A stretch of DNA of 63,968 nt, counting the filler, from Thermoplasmatota archaeon (GTDB taxonomy: Archaea; Thermoplasmatota; E2; JACPAO01; JAHFTW01), in NCBI GenBank assembly GCA_041623215.1. It is 5 parts of 5 records of this genome, joined end to end, with 100 filler letters (N's around TTAATTAATTAA, not from the genome) between each part and the next. Parts side by side here need not be neighbours in the genome. Positions count along the whole stretch, not along the records: positions 46,698 to 61,655 come from JBFJXH010000036.1; 4 more parts are not named here. One strand, 5' to 3'. A program made the translations under genes and the position numbers. Below, piece by piece: positions 46,598 through 57,441 of this stretch. How positions within the stretch are numbered: position 1 is the stretch's first letter; the number at the start of each line of letters is the position of its first letter. The notes below the pieces were generated by a model, which did not search any database, had not been told where the DNA came from, and was given only the letters and a program-made list of their open reading frames with translations.

Positions 46598-46697
46598 NNN
46601 NNNNNNNNNNNNNNNNNNNNNNNNNNNNNNNNNNNNNNNNNTTAATTAATTAANNNNNNNNNNNNNNNNNNNNNNNNNNNNNNNNNNNNNNNNNNNN
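46598..46697. other. Artificial contig linker
   Basis: N run flanking TTAATTAATTAA. Confidence 0.99.
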
Positions 46698-47233
46698 CCC
46701 AAATAGAACGCCCACACCATCGGCGCCGGCCCATTGATGGTCATGCTTACGGATACATCGGATAGTGGAATGCCGTCAAACAGGCGCTCCATGTCCTTCT
46801 GCGTGTCAATGGCAACACCGACCTTGCCCACTTCGCCAAGGGCGTACTCATGGTCGGAGTCAAAACCCTGCAACGTCGGAAAATCGAAGGCGGTTGACAG
46901 CCCCGTGGTGCCTTGCGACAGCAGGAACTTGAAGCGCTCATTGGTCTCCGCCGCAGTCCCGAAGCCCGCGAATTGCCGCATCGTCCACAAGCGGCCGCGG
47001 TACATGGTCGGCTGGCAGCCGCGCGTGTAGGGGAACTCGCCAGGATATCCGAGATCGCGCTCGGCGTCAAAGCCCAACTCCGCCAAACCGCCGGCGTCCA
47101 TCAAGCGCGGCACCTCTTCGTTGCTGATGGTGGCAAAGCGCTCACGCCGTTCCGGGAAACGCTCCAATGCCTGCGCCAGCGTGGTCTCTTCCCACTTGTG
47201 GCGGCGCGAGGCGGTGGTGGTCTCGGGGGGCAT
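46698..47233 (-). CDS. Methylmalonyl-CoA mutase, N-terminal (substrate-binding) subunit, truncated
   Basis: [36 protein letters not shown]. Confidence 0.92.
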
Positions 47234-47264
47234 ATCCGTCGCCAACGGTGATGGTTGGATAAGC

Positions 47265-47957
47265 CTACAGGAGCGCGGCGAGCACGTCGCCGGAATCCGT
47301 AATGATGGCATCAACGCGTGCCTGAACGAGCTCGACGGCGCGCTCCTCGTCATTCACGGTCCATGCCCCCACCAGCAGGCCAGCGCCATGCAGGCGCTCG
47401 ATGAGACGAGCGTCCAAGAAATCGTGGTCGACGTTCATCCAGGCGCAGCCAAGTTCCGCCGCGTGCTCCAAATCATCCACGTCGGGTGGTCCCAAGGTGA
47501 TGAGGCCCCGCTGAATCTCGGGCGCTCGCTCCAAGGCGCTACGCAATGCCTTTGGGTCCATGGCCGTGAACACGGTGCGTCGTTCAATGCCGGCTTCGCG
47601 GATGGCTCGAACGGCCGCCGGTAGCGCGGAACGGTCTTTGATTTCAAGATTCCAATGGCCCTGCCAATCTGCTAATTCGGCCAGCAGGTGGTCGAGTCGA
47701 GGTGGGCCTCGGCCATCACCTGCATCGAGCGTTTCGATGTCGGGCCAATCTAGGTCATGCAATTGGCCATGTCCATTGGTCGTCCGCTCGAGCCCGGCGT
47801 CATGGTGCACCACGGCGTAGTGGTCATGGCTGGCTCTAAGGTCGAGTTCGATGCCGCCGAAGCCGGTATCGGCGGCGGCTCGAAAGGCGGCATAGGAATT
47901 CTCCGGGTGCTCGGCGGAAAGGCCTCGGTGTGCTTGGACGAGAACCGCCTGGGTCAC
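47265..47957 (-). CDS. Glycerophosphodiester phosphodiesterase
   Basis: AHRG, PENS, ELD, HHD..L.RTT, EIK, WTVN, IITD. Confidence 0.93.
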   Translation of the reverse strand: MTQAVLVQAHRGLSAEHPENSYAAFRAAADTGFGGIELDLRASHDHYAVVHHDAGLERTTNGHGQLHDLDWPDIETLDAGDGRGPPRLDHLLAELADWQGHWNLEIKDRSALPAAVRAIREAGIERRTVFTAMDPKALRSALERAPEIQRGLITLGPPDVDDLEHAAELGCAWMNVDHDFLDARLIERLHGAGLLVGAWTVNDEERAVELVQARVDAIITDSGDVLAALL

Positions 47958-48895
47958 GCCGTGTAGACCTCCAGTGGCCTTCCCTTTGCGTCGCGGTGGA
48001 TTTCCACTTGGTGCGGGTAGGGAATCTCTATGCCTGCTTCTGCGAACGCTTCCTGGACCGCTTGCACCAAATCGGTTCGGACCTTAATCACGGAGTTTCG
48101 GATGGGTTCGACCCAGAAGCGCAGGTCAAGGTCCACGCTGCTAGCGCCAAAGCCAGTGCTAATCGCCATGGGCTCCGGGTCATCCATCACGTCTGGGTGG
48201 GCGCGGGCGCAATTCTCCAATGCCTGGATGGCGTCTCGAATGTCGGTGCCGTAGGCAACGCCAACCAAGAGGTGGGCACGTAGCTTACGTGCATGACTGA
48301 AATTCTTGACTTTCTGGCCTTCTACGATGCGATTCGGAATGGTGATTTTTTCGTTGTCGAAAGTGACGATGGTGGTCGCGGAGAGTGCCACGTCTTCCAC
48401 AATTCCCTGGACGCCGTCGATTTCAACCCAGTCGCCAATGTCAAAGGGATGGGAGTAGAAGATGAGGAAGCCGGCGATAATATCGCCAATCGTGTCGGCG
48501 GCGGCCAACCCAATGACGATGCCTGCGAATCCGGCCCCGGCCAGCAAACCGGTGAACGCTGTCGATAGGCCCCATACGCCCAGAATCGCGATAATGCCGA
48601 GCACACCGGCTGTCAAGCCGATGAGCAGTCGGGCCGGCCGGGTCCGGCCCATGATGACCTTGATTTGGTAGTCGTCGGCCGACCGCCGCTTGGCCACTTT
48701 GCGCGCGGCCCGCGTCAACGCCCGGTCTGACAAGATGCGCGTGGCCCACCATAGCGCCACAACGAGCAGCGTGCCCACCAAGCGGGCGATGAAGACGTTG
48801 GTGGGGTCATCTAGCCAATGGGCGGCTGCTTCGAAACCCGAGTAGCCGGGGGGGCCATCGGGCGAGGTCGTTCCATTGGCTGTGTGGTTCGCCAC
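47954..48895 (-). CDS. mscS: MscS mechanosensitive channel
   Basis: PFDIGDWVEI, IPN, GVAYGTD, GIEIPYP. Confidence 0.92.
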   Translation of the reverse strand: MANHTANGTTSPDGPPGYSGFEAAAHWLDDPTNVFIARLVGTLLVVALWWATRILSDRALTRAARKVAKRRSADDYQIKVIMGRTRPARLLIGLTAGVLGIIAILGVWGLSTAFTGLLAGAGFAGIVIGLAAADTIGDIIAGFLIFYSHPFDIGDWVEIDGVQGIVEDVALSATTIVTFDNEKITIPNRIVEGQKVKNFSHARKLRAHLLVGVAYGTDIRDAIQALENCARAHPDVMDDPEPMAISTGFGASSVDLDLRFWVEPIRNSVIKVRTDLVQAVQEAFAEAGIEIPYPHQVEIHRDAKGRPLEVYTA

Positions 48896-49070
48896 GTTGG
48901 GCCACCCATGGACGTGGGTTTGAGGCTGACGGCAGGCCGCCGCGGCCGCGAGGCACGGCGTCAGGATGCTGCCATCCGTCGGTCACGCTCAAATGGCATG
49001 CCCTCTTGTTGCCCGCCTAACCTACCCGCGTCGGCGTGACGCGCGGCGAACTTACCCAGGAGAATCCAAC

Positions 49071-50213
49071 ATGTCAACGGCAAAAGGTCTCGAAGGCGTA
49101 ACGGCAGCTGACACAAGCATCTGCTTCATCGACGGAGCCAAGGGAATCCTCAGCTACCGTGGCTACGACATCAACGAACTGGCCCCCCACGCCACGTTCG
49201 AGGAAGTGGTCCACCTCCTATGGAATGGCGAACTGCCCACCGAGAAACAACTCGAACGAATCAAGCACCAACTGGCGGAGGCGCGGGAGTTAACCCCGAC
49301 GGCGCTGGCGGTTCTCAAGAGCGTTGCCACCAGCATGGGTCCCATGGACGCCTTGCGAACGACGGTTAGCGCCCTCGCGGCTGGCCGCCGGGATGCCGAT
49401 GAATACGACGTGGCCGGCGACCGCCAGAAAGCCATTGAGCTGACGGCACAAGTAGCGACCATCGTGGCCTACTACCACCGCTTGCGACGGGGCCTGGACA
49501 TTGTCCACCCCGATGCGAGCTTGAGCCACGCGGGAAACTTCCTCTGGATGCTCAACGGAGAAAAGCCAACGCCTGCCGCCGAGCGCGCCATGGACGTCGC
49601 CCTCATTCTCCATGCTGACCACGACCTGAATGCGTCCACCTTCGCAGCTCGGGTCACGGCTGCTACGCTGGCTGACATGCACGGCGCCGTAACGAGCGGC
49701 GTCGGTTGCCTGAAGGGGCCACTGCACGGCGGGGCCAACATTGGCGTCATGAAGATGCTCCTCGACATCGACGCCAGTGGCAAGGACACGACAACTTGGG
49801 TCAAAGAAGCGCTGGCCAACAAGCAGCGCATCATGGGCTTCGGGCACCGCGTCTACAAGACGCTCGATCCCCGCGCCGTTCACTTGGAAGGCTTGAGCAA
49901 AGACCTAGCCGAACAGGCGGGCGAGCTGAAGTGGTACGACATGAGCTTGGCCATTCAGAAGACCGTGAAGGAGGAAAAGGGCCTCGACGCCAACGTGGAT
50001 TTCTTCTCCGCCAGCAGTTACTACACGATGGGCATTCCCCTCGACCTGTACACGCCCATTTTCGCCATTGCCCGCGTGGCTGGGTGGACGGCCCATGTGC
50101 TTGAGCAGCACGAAGACAATCGGCTCATCCGCCCGCTGTCCAACTACACAGGGGAATTGGGCAAGGCGTGGGTCGCCATCGAGGACCGGGTGAAGCCGAC
50201 GGTGACCGCTTAA
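49071..50213 (+). CDS. gltA: Citrate synthase
   Basis: KGLEGV, LSYRGY, HADH, GPLHGGA, MGFGHRVY, NVDF. Confidence 0.96.
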   Translation: MSTAKGLEGVTAADTSICFIDGAKGILSYRGYDINELAPHATFEEVVHLLWNGELPTEKQLERIKHQLAEARELTPTALAVLKSVATSMGPMDALRTTVSALAAGRRDADEYDVAGDRQKAIELTAQVATIVAYYHRLRRGLDIVHPDASLSHAGNFLWMLNGEKPTPAAERAMDVALILHADHDLNASTFAARVTAATLADMHGAVTSGVGCLKGPLHGGANIGVMKMLLDIDASGKDTTTWVKEALANKQRIMGFGHRVYKTLDPRAVHLEGLSKDLAEQAGELKWYDMSLAIQKTVKEEKGLDANVDFFSASSYYTMGIPLDLYTPIFAIARVAGWTAHVLEQHEDNRLIRPLSNYTGELGKAWVAIEDRVKPTVTA

Positions 50214-50236
50214 GCGGCGTCGCCTTTGCGCCCGCT

Positions 50237-51283
50237 GTGAAGGCAGCTTTCTTCCACGAACACGGCGGCTTGGACCAGCTTGAAGTCGGCGAGTTGCCGA
50301 CACCTGAGCCGGGGCCAGGCGAGGTGTTGCTACGCGTCCAAGCGTGTGCTCTCAATCATCTCGACCTCTTTGTCCGCGAAGGATGGCCCGGACTGCGGCT
50401 GCCCATGCCCCACATCGGCGGCACGGATGTAGCAGGCACGGTGGCCAAAGTCGGCGATGGCGTGGAGGAGGGCCTTGTGGGGCGCGACATGCTCGTCAAT
50501 GCCGGCCTCAACTTTGTCGACGACCCTGACCGGCCGGGCGATATGCTGTTGCCCGATGCCCCCAGCATTCTTGGCGAAACTTGCGCCGGCGCCCTAGCCG
50601 AATTCGTGCTCGTTCCGGCCAGTCAATTGGTTCCCAAACCGGCGCAGATGTCTTGGGAAGAAGCGGCGGCGTTTCCCCTGACGGCGCTTACTGCCACGCG
50701 GATGCTCAAGAAAGCGGGGCTGTGGCCACAGGCCGACGGCACGCGTCCCGGCGAAGGCGCCCGGGTGCTTGTTCCGGGTGGCGCGGGCGGTGTGTCGGTG
50801 ATGGCCATCCAATTGGCGAAGGCGTGCGGGGCCTGGGTGTGCGCGACGACCAGCGCCGAGAAAATGGACCGTGTACGCGACTTAGGTGCGGATTTGGTCC
50901 TTGACCGTCGTGCGCCTGACTGGGCGAAGGAAGCGTTTCTTGCAACGGACAAGGAAGGCTTCGATGTGGTGCTAGAGTCAGTGGGTCAAGCGACGTGGCG
51001 GGACTCCGTGCGCGCGCTTCGAAACGGCGGCCGGCTTGTGACCTGCGGTGCGACGACTGGGCCGGTTGGCGAAACCGACATCCGCCTCGTTTTCTGGAAG
51101 CAGTTGCACATCATAGGTTCAACGATGGGCACCGCGACCGACTTGGCGGACGCTCTGGCGCTGTGGCAGGCGGGCCAAGTGCGGCCCTTTGTGGATTCGG
51201 TTTGGTCACTGCAAGACGCCAAGGCGGCGCAGGGCCATCTGGCGGCCGGCGGTCACTTTGGCAAAGTCGTCATCAAGCCGTAA
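50237..51283 (+). CDS. Medium-chain dehydrogenase/reductase (quinone oxidoreductase-like)
   Basis: ALNHLD, GGAGGV, CGATTG, GSTMG, FGKVVI. Confidence 0.88.
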   Translation: MKAAFFHEHGGLDQLEVGELPTPEPGPGEVLLRVQACALNHLDLFVREGWPGLRLPMPHIGGTDVAGTVAKVGDGVEEGLVGRDMLVNAGLNFVDDPDRPGDMLLPDAPSILGETCAGALAEFVLVPASQLVPKPAQMSWEEAAAFPLTALTATRMLKKAGLWPQADGTRPGEGARVLVPGGAGGVSVMAIQLAKACGAWVCATTSAEKMDRVRDLGADLVLDRRAPDWAKEAFLATDKEGFDVVLESVGQATWRDSVRALRNGGRLVTCGATTGPVGETDIRLVFWKQLHIIGSTMGTATDLADALALWQAGQVRPFVDSVWSLQDAKAAQGHLAAGGHFGKVVIKP

Positions 51284-51348
51284 GGAACAGGGTTGTGCGT
51301 CGTCCACGTTCAGCAAGCCCCAAAAGGGGCGACACGCACTTGCCGCGC

Positions 51349-53346
51349 ATGCGTCGGCGGGGGCTCCTGCTCATTGTGGCCATAGCCTTGGCAATCGCAG
51401 CTTGGTCACAAGCCGCCGTACCAGAATACGAAGGCGATGGGTTCACGCGGCTCGCTCATGATTGTGAGAATGATTGGGGAACGGACCGCGGCTTTGGCCC
51501 CAATCCCCAAGCGGGCCACAACTTGCAGGCTCTCGACATCCGTGAGATTAGCAAGGATGGGCACGACGGCATCCAATTCCGACTCACCATGAACCGAGGT
51601 TGGCCCGGCAGCCCAGGGGCAGAGTTGGGGCCGCTACAACTCAACCTCAGCATGGATTCGACAAATGGTGCCCGGTGGACGCGCCTGTCGACCGTTGACC
51701 TCGTGGATGCGACCAAACTCGCGCATGACGATTCCTATTCGGCGGCGGGCAGCAGCATCCCCTTCCGCGTCGGTGACGGCGTCATGGACCCGACTGGCAA
51801 TTCGACGGCCTTCTACCTCAACGTGACGTATCGCCACGAAACGCTGGATTTGTTCAAGGGCGACCAAGTTTTCGACGTAGCTCTTCGCAGTCTGCACAAC
51901 GAAAGCAACGGCGGTGACCTCCTGCCCGGCGGCCATGCTGACCCGGTCACGGGAGTGCCGGTGCCCCAGTCGTGCCTCGCACAGAGCAGCAACAAGACTG
52001 CAGGCGGCTACCTTGACGCGCGCCCCTTCAACCTTACCCTGGGCCCCGACAGGCCTGTGCCCGCCAACGAACTGCCTGTGGTCCGGTGGAGCTTCTTGCC
52101 CGAGGCGCCCCGTGCCGGCGACACCGTTAGTTTCGTCGATGAGTCGGTGGATCCGGATGGATCGGTGGTTGGCTGGGCGTGGACGTTTGGCGATGGTGGC
52201 ACCAGTGGCATCGAAACGCCCACGCACGTATTCCAGTCGGCTGGTGATTACCAGGTGACTCTCAATGTCACCGACGACGGCGGTGGCTGGAACGAAACGA
52301 GCAAAACCATCACCGTCCACGCGCCGGCGGGGGGAGGAAACGGTGGCGGCGGCGGCTCGACCGGCACGGGCACCGGGGGCAGTACCGGCAACAATGCGCC
52401 CCCTGTGGCGTCCTTTTCGTACGCGCCAGCGGCACCGCGTGTCGGTGATCCGGTGGCGTTTCAAGATACGTCGAGCGACAGCGATGGAACCGTCGTAGCC
52501 TGGGTATGGACCTTCGGCGATGGCGAAGCAACCAGCAATCGCAACACAACGCATGTGTATCGGGCCAGTGGCAATTACGCGGTCAAATTGACGGTCACGG
52601 ACGATGATGGCAGCATGAGCTTGCACATCATTACGCTCAGGGTTGCGCCCGCCGTCGTGGGCCCCACCAACCCCGCCCCGCAGACCGATTTCTCGTGGGA
52701 CCCCATTCTGCCCCTGCGCTTGGAAACCATCCAATTCCGCGACCACTCAACCGATGACGGCGAGGTTGTGGCCTGGCACTGGGACTTTGGCAACGGTGCC
52801 AGCAGCACCCAGCAGCACCCCCGTTACGCCTACCCGGATGCGGGCGACTTCACGGTCAGTCTGCGAACCACCGACGACCAGGGCGCGTCGCACGTGCTTC
52901 AGCAAGCGATTCCCATCATGGACCCCTACGCCGACCGACGCGGGGTGGACGATGCGCCGCGGGCGGAATTCACATTTGCACCGACGCGGGCGCAGACCGG
53001 GCAGCCGGTTCGTTTCCAGGATCTGTCCGTTGACGATGAAGGCATCGTCGCCTGGGCATGGGAATTCGGTGATGGTGCCCGAAGCAGTGTGCCGTCCCCG
53101 ACGCACCGTTACGCATCCGAAGGGCTGTACACCGTTGCCTTGACGGTAAGTGATTCGGCGGACCAAACGCATCGGGCGTCGGCGTCCATCGTTGTGGATG
53201 CGCCGGTGTTTCGACCGGCGCCGGCAGATGAGGCGTCGGGTGCACGGCTGCTGCCCGGGCCGTCCGTGGGTTTGCTCGCCGGGGCTCTTGGCCTTGGATT
53301 GGTGATTGTGTTGGCGCGGCGGGGACCTGATTCTGGTCGGCCGTAA
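51349..53346 (+). CDS. Secreted, membrane-anchored surface protein: N-domain plus 4 PKD domains (paralog of 3919-5868)
   Basis: Signal peptide; HDCENDWG; four WxFGDG/FGNG repeats; C-terminal TM and RR. Confidence 0.85.
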   Translation: MRRRGLLLIVAIALAIAAWSQAAVPEYEGDGFTRLAHDCENDWGTDRGFGPNPQAGHNLQALDIREISKDGHDGIQFRLTMNRGWPGSPGAELGPLQLNLSMDSTNGARWTRLSTVDLVDATKLAHDDSYSAAGSSIPFRVGDGVMDPTGNSTAFYLNVTYRHETLDLFKGDQVFDVALRSLHNESNGGDLLPGGHADPVTGVPVPQSCLAQSSNKTAGGYLDARPFNLTLGPDRPVPANELPVVRWSFLPEAPRAGDTVSFVDESVDPDGSVVGWAWTFGDGGTSGIETPTHVFQSAGDYQVTLNVTDDGGGWNETSKTITVHAPAGGGNGGGGGSTGTGTGGSTGNNAPPVASFSYAPAAPRVGDPVAFQDTSSDSDGTVVAWVWTFGDGEATSNRNTTHVYRASGNYAVKLTVTDDDGSMSLHIITLRVAPAVVGPTNPAPQTDFSWDPILPLRLETIQFRDHSTDDGEVVAWHWDFGNGASSTQQHPRYAYPDAGDFTVSLRTTDDQGASHVLQQAIPIMDPYADRRGVDDAPRAEFTFAPTRAQTGQPVRFQDLSVDDEGIVAWAWEFGDGARSSVPSPTHRYASEGLYTVALTVSDSADQTHRASASIVVDAPVFRPAPADEASGARLLPGPSVGLLAGALGLGLVIVLARRGPDSGRP

Positions 53347-53387
53347 TTCCTTGCAACTCTCAAATGGTGGGTGTCAATGGGCACCCG

Positions 53388-55049
53388 ATGGCCCAGGCGA
53401 GGCGGCGTGCCAATAAGCGGAATGCGGACGAGCCCGCCGCGACTTCTCCGGTCGATGACGACTCAGGTCCGCGTGACGACGATGTGTTGGCTAGGTGGCT
53501 GGCCGAGAAGCTTCCGCCCGTGCTTTGGCAAAACCGCGCTTGGTTTTCCGTCGGTGCCGTCCTGGTGTTCGCTGCGGCCCTACGTTGGTACCGCCTGGGT
53601 GTCGAGAGCATCTGGCTCGACGAAGCGTTCACGCTCTACAATACGGAGACGCTGAAGGACGCGTGGGCCTTCAGCAAGAAGGATGTGCACCCGCCTGGCT
53701 ACTATTTCCTGTTCGCCATCTGGCGGGGATTGGCGGGCACTTCTGAGGCGGCGATTCGGGCGTTGTCGGCCCTATGGGGGGTCGTTGCGGTGGCGGCCAC
53801 GTATGGGGTCGGGCGCCGGTTAGGCGGGCATCGGGTCGGGCTGTATGCGGCCGCCCTCCTGGCACTATCCCATTTTGCCATTTTGCAGTCGCAAAATGCG
53901 CGCAGCTACGCCATGCTGGCGGCTACCGCGGCCTTGTCCATGCATGCCTACCTGCTGCTGGACGAGAAGCGCACCTGGCGAAACGCCGTGTACTACGTTG
54001 CCTTCACCTTGCTCCTGCTGCATGTCCACTTCACCGCCGTCTTCGTGGTCATGGTGCAGGGCGCGCACCGGGTTGTGGTGCTGTGGCCCCAACGGGACCG
54101 TTCGTCGTGGCAATGGTGGGGCGGTAGCCTGGGTGCGGTGGGCTTGCTTTTCTTACCGTGGGCTTTGGTGCTATGGCAACAGACGCGGCGCGTGGCCCAG
54201 GACGGTTTCTGGGTGCCGGAGCCAGCGTGGAATCACGTCATGGATACGTTGCATGTCTTTGCTGGCTCCAAGACCTACGTGGTTGCCCTGGCCGTGATTC
54301 AAGATACGCATGGCGTGATATTTCCGCTAGCCATCCTGCTCATTGTCAATGCCATGGTGGCGTCACGCCTTGGTGGCATCAACGCTGCGGTCAACCCGAA
54401 TCACACGGCGGGCGACCACCCCTACCCGTTGGGGCGGGTCCTTCTGATGGTGGGCTGGGCGCTGGTGCCGGTTCTTGCTGTTTACCTCCTTTCCAAGTGG
54501 ATGACGCCCATCTATCTGCACCGTATCCTCATCGTGAGTTTACCAGCGTTCCTGGTCCTGGTGGGTTGGGGCTTGGCGCGCATCTCGCTTCGCTGGGCGC
54601 GTTGGGCGTTGTTGCTGCTTCTGGTGGTCCCAACGGTGTCGCCGCTGCAAGCCTACTACGCGGACGACCAACGGGAACAGTGGCGTGAAGCGGTCGCCCT
54701 AGTGGAGGAACGGGCCGCGCCGGGGGCGCTTGTGGTCATGCACGGGGGGTCGGGATGGATGATGTACGACTACTACGGCTCCCGCCATGACGTGGATGTC
54801 CATCGCGCCTGGGTGCTTGATGAGGCTGGCCTGGAGCTCTTGCGGGGCAAGCTTGCCAATGCCGACGATGTTTGGTTTGTGCTCAATCGGCAAAAACCGG
54901 AGATTTTCTCCTTCATGGCTGAAGAGGTGGCGCAAACGCATCGGTTTGAGCCTCTTGGGGCGAACCAGGACCCTGGCGAGGACTTGTTTGGTTACGCTGC
55001 CCGGTTCATCGAAATCTCCGTCTTTCAGGCCCAACGACCCCAATCTTAG
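53388..55049 (+). CDS. GT-C fold (GT39/PMT-like) membrane glycosyltransferase
   Basis: SIWLDE, HPPGYY, R..SAL.G, ARSYA; multi-TM. Confidence 0.85.
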   Translation: MAQARRRANKRNADEPAATSPVDDDSGPRDDDVLARWLAEKLPPVLWQNRAWFSVGAVLVFAAALRWYRLGVESIWLDEAFTLYNTETLKDAWAFSKKDVHPPGYYFLFAIWRGLAGTSEAAIRALSALWGVVAVAATYGVGRRLGGHRVGLYAAALLALSHFAILQSQNARSYAMLAATAALSMHAYLLLDEKRTWRNAVYYVAFTLLLLHVHFTAVFVVMVQGAHRVVVLWPQRDRSSWQWWGGSLGAVGLLFLPWALVLWQQTRRVAQDGFWVPEPAWNHVMDTLHVFAGSKTYVVALAVIQDTHGVIFPLAILLIVNAMVASRLGGINAAVNPNHTAGDHPYPLGRVLLMVGWALVPVLAVYLLSKWMTPIYLHRILIVSLPAFLVLVGWGLARISLRWARWALLLLLVVPTVSPLQAYYADDQREQWREAVALVEERAAPGALVVMHGGSGWMMYDYYGSRHDVDVHRAWVLDEAGLELLRGKLANADDVWFVLNRQKPEIFSFMAEEVAQTHRFEPLGANQDPGEDLFGYAARFIEISVFQAQRPQS

Positions 55050-55121
55050 GAATACCTAAACCTCTTGCCGTCGCCCCAGGTCGCTTATATGGTGGCCAAT
55101 ACAGCGACAACAGGCACCAGT

Positions 55122-56651
55122 ATGGAGAATGCGGCGGTCCACGAAGCCCTCGACAAAGGCTACCGGTACGGGTTCACAACGGACCTAGAGAGTGACTCAG
55201 CTCCGCCTGGCCTGGATGAGGGCATCATTCGCTTCATCAGCGCCAAGAAGAAGGAGCCATCATGGCTCACAGAATGGCGCCTGGCTGCCTTTGCGCACTG
55301 GCAAAAAATGGTGGAGCCGACCTGGGCCCGTGTCTCCTACGAGCCCATCGACTACCAGGCTATCACCTACTACTCCGCGCCAAAATCAGCATCGGATGGC
55401 CCGAAATCGCTCGACGAAGTGGATCCGGAAATTCTCGCCATGTACGAGAAACTGGGCATTTCGCTGGCCGAGCAAAAGCGCCTCCAGGGCATCGCCGATG
55501 CGGATGCGGTGGACCTAGCAGCAGCCGGCCCCTTTCCAGGCATGCCCGGCGCGTCCGGCGACGGCGCCAGGCCTCAAATTGCCGTTGACGCCGTCATTGA
55601 CAGTGTCTCCGTGGCAACCACGTTCAAGGATCAATTGGCCGAGATGGGCATCATCTTCTGCTCGTTCGGAGAAGCCGTTCACGAGCACCCAGAGTTGGTG
55701 CGCAAATACCTCGGCACGGTGGTGCCGCCGACGGACAATTTCTTCGCCGCCCTGAATTCGGCTGTGTTTACGGACGGCAGTTTCTGCTACATTCCTCCTG
55801 GAGTAAAGTGCCCCATGGAATTGTCCACGTACTTTCGCATCAACGCGGCGGGAACGGGCCAATTCGAGCGCACGTTACTGATTGCAGACAAGGACGCGAC
55901 GGTATCCTACCTGGAAGGCTGCACCGCCCCGCAACGCGACGAAAACCAGTTGCATGCAGCGGTTGTGGAACTCGTCGCCCATGAAGATGCAGAAATCAAG
56001 TACAGCACCGTGCAGAATTGGTACCCTGGCGATGAGAATGGTGTCGGAGGCATCTACAACTTTGTCACGAAGCGCGGTCTTTGTGCCGGCGATCGGTCAA
56101 AGATTTCCTGGACGCAAGTTGAAACTGGCTCGGCAATCACCTGGAAATATCCAAGTTGCATTCTGAAGGGCGACCATTCAGTGGGCGAGTTCTACTCGGT
56201 CGCCTTGACCACCAATCGTCAACAGGCCGATACCGGCACGAAGATGATTCACATTGGCAAGAACACTCGCAGCACCATCGTCAGCAAGGGCATTAGTGCC
56301 GGCCGCAGCGTGTCCACGTACCGGGGTCAGGTGAAGGTAATGCCCGGGGCCGAAGGCGCGCGCAACTACTCGCAATGCGACAGCCTGCTCATTGGCAGCG
56401 ACTGCGAGGCGCACACGTTCCCGTACATTGACGTGCAAAATCCCACCGCCATCATGGAGCACGAAGCAACCACCAGCAAGGTAGGCGACGATCAGATGTT
56501 CTACTGCCGACAGCGTGGCCTGAGCGAACAGGATGCGGTCAATCTAATCGTGAACGGCTTTTGCAAGTCGGTCTTCCGCGAACTTCCCATGGAGTTTGCC
56601 GTGGAGGCTCAAAACCTTCTCAACATGAAGCTCGAGGGCAGCATCGGTTAG
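55122..56651 (+). CDS. sufB: Fe-S cluster assembly protein SufB (bacterial type)
   Basis: [31 protein letters not shown]; alternative start 55089. Confidence 0.96.
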   Translation: MENAAVHEALDKGYRYGFTTDLESDSAPPGLDEGIIRFISAKKKEPSWLTEWRLAAFAHWQKMVEPTWARVSYEPIDYQAITYYSAPKSASDGPKSLDEVDPEILAMYEKLGISLAEQKRLQGIADADAVDLAAAGPFPGMPGASGDGARPQIAVDAVIDSVSVATTFKDQLAEMGIIFCSFGEAVHEHPELVRKYLGTVVPPTDNFFAALNSAVFTDGSFCYIPPGVKCPMELSTYFRINAAGTGQFERTLLIADKDATVSYLEGCTAPQRDENQLHAAVVELVAHEDAEIKYSTVQNWYPGDENGVGGIYNFVTKRGLCAGDRSKISWTQVETGSAITWKYPSCILKGDHSVGEFYSVALTTNRQQADTGTKMIHIGKNTRSTIVSKGISAGRSVSTYRGQVKVMPGAEGARNYSQCDSLLIGSDCEAHTFPYIDVQNPTAIMEHEATTSKVGDDQMFYCRQRGLSEQDAVNLIVNGFCKSVFRELPMEFAVEAQNLLNMKLEGSIG

Positions 56652-56700
56652 GGCCGTTGTTCCCGTCAACAAGCACCCAACAACTCACTGGACAAGGACC

Positions 56701-57441
56701 ATGCTCGAAATCAATGACCTACACGTCAGCGTCAATGGAAAGCCCATTCTCAAGGGCCTGACGCTCCACGTTGCTGCCGGCGAAGTCCATGCAATCATGG
56801 GCCCCAATGGCGCTGGAAAATCCACGTTGGCCAATATCATCGCTGGACGCGACGGCTACGAAGTCACCCAAGGCAGCGTCACGTACGATGGCGAGGATTT
56901 GTTGCAAATGGACCCCGAGGAGCGTGCCCACAAGGGGGTCTTCTTGGCGTTCCAATACCCGGTTGAAATTCCGGGCGTCAATAACCAATATTTCCTCCGC
57001 GAAGCGTTGAATGCGGGCCGCAAAGCGCGTGGCGAGGAGCCTGTGGATGCCTTTGACTTCCTCCAGCTAGTCAAGGAGAAGGCCGCCTGGCTAGGCATGG
57101 ATGACCGCTTGCTGTCTCGGGCCGTCAATGAAGGCTTTTCCGGCGGCGAAAAGAAGCGCAACGAGGTATTCCAAATGGCCATGCTGGAGCCTCGTCTCAA
57201 GGTGCTCGACGAAACCGACTCGGGCCTAGATATTGACGCGCTTCGCACAGTCGCCGAGGGCGTCAACCGGCTCCGTTCATCGGAGTCGGCCAGCGTGGTC
57301 ATTACGCATTATCAACGACTTCTCGACCACATCGTGCCGGACCGCGTTCACGTCCTTGCCGATGGCCGTATCGTCAAGAGCGGCGACAAGCAACTCGCCC
57401 TCGAATTGGAGCAAGAAGGCTACGCTGACGTGACTGCATGA
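56701..57441 (+). CDS. sufC: SufC ATPase
   Basis: GPNGAGKST, FQYPVEIPG, FSGGEKKR, DETDSGLD. Confidence 0.97.
   Translation: MLEINDLHVSVNGKPILKGLTLHVAAGEVHAIMGPNGAGKSTLANIIAGRDGYEVTQGSVTYDGEDLLQMDPEERAHKGVFLAFQYPVEIPGVNNQYFLREALNAGRKARGEEPVDAFDFLQLVKEKAAWLGMDDRLLSRAVNEGFSGGEKKRNEVFQMAMLEPRLKVLDETDSGLDIDALRTVAEGVNRLRSSESASVVITHYQRLLDHIVPDRVHVLADGRIVKSGDKQLALELEQEGYADVTA

Noticed and set aside
55480..55580. Intein in SufB
   Set aside because: The insertion is only about 29 aa with no Cys/Ser start or His-Asn end
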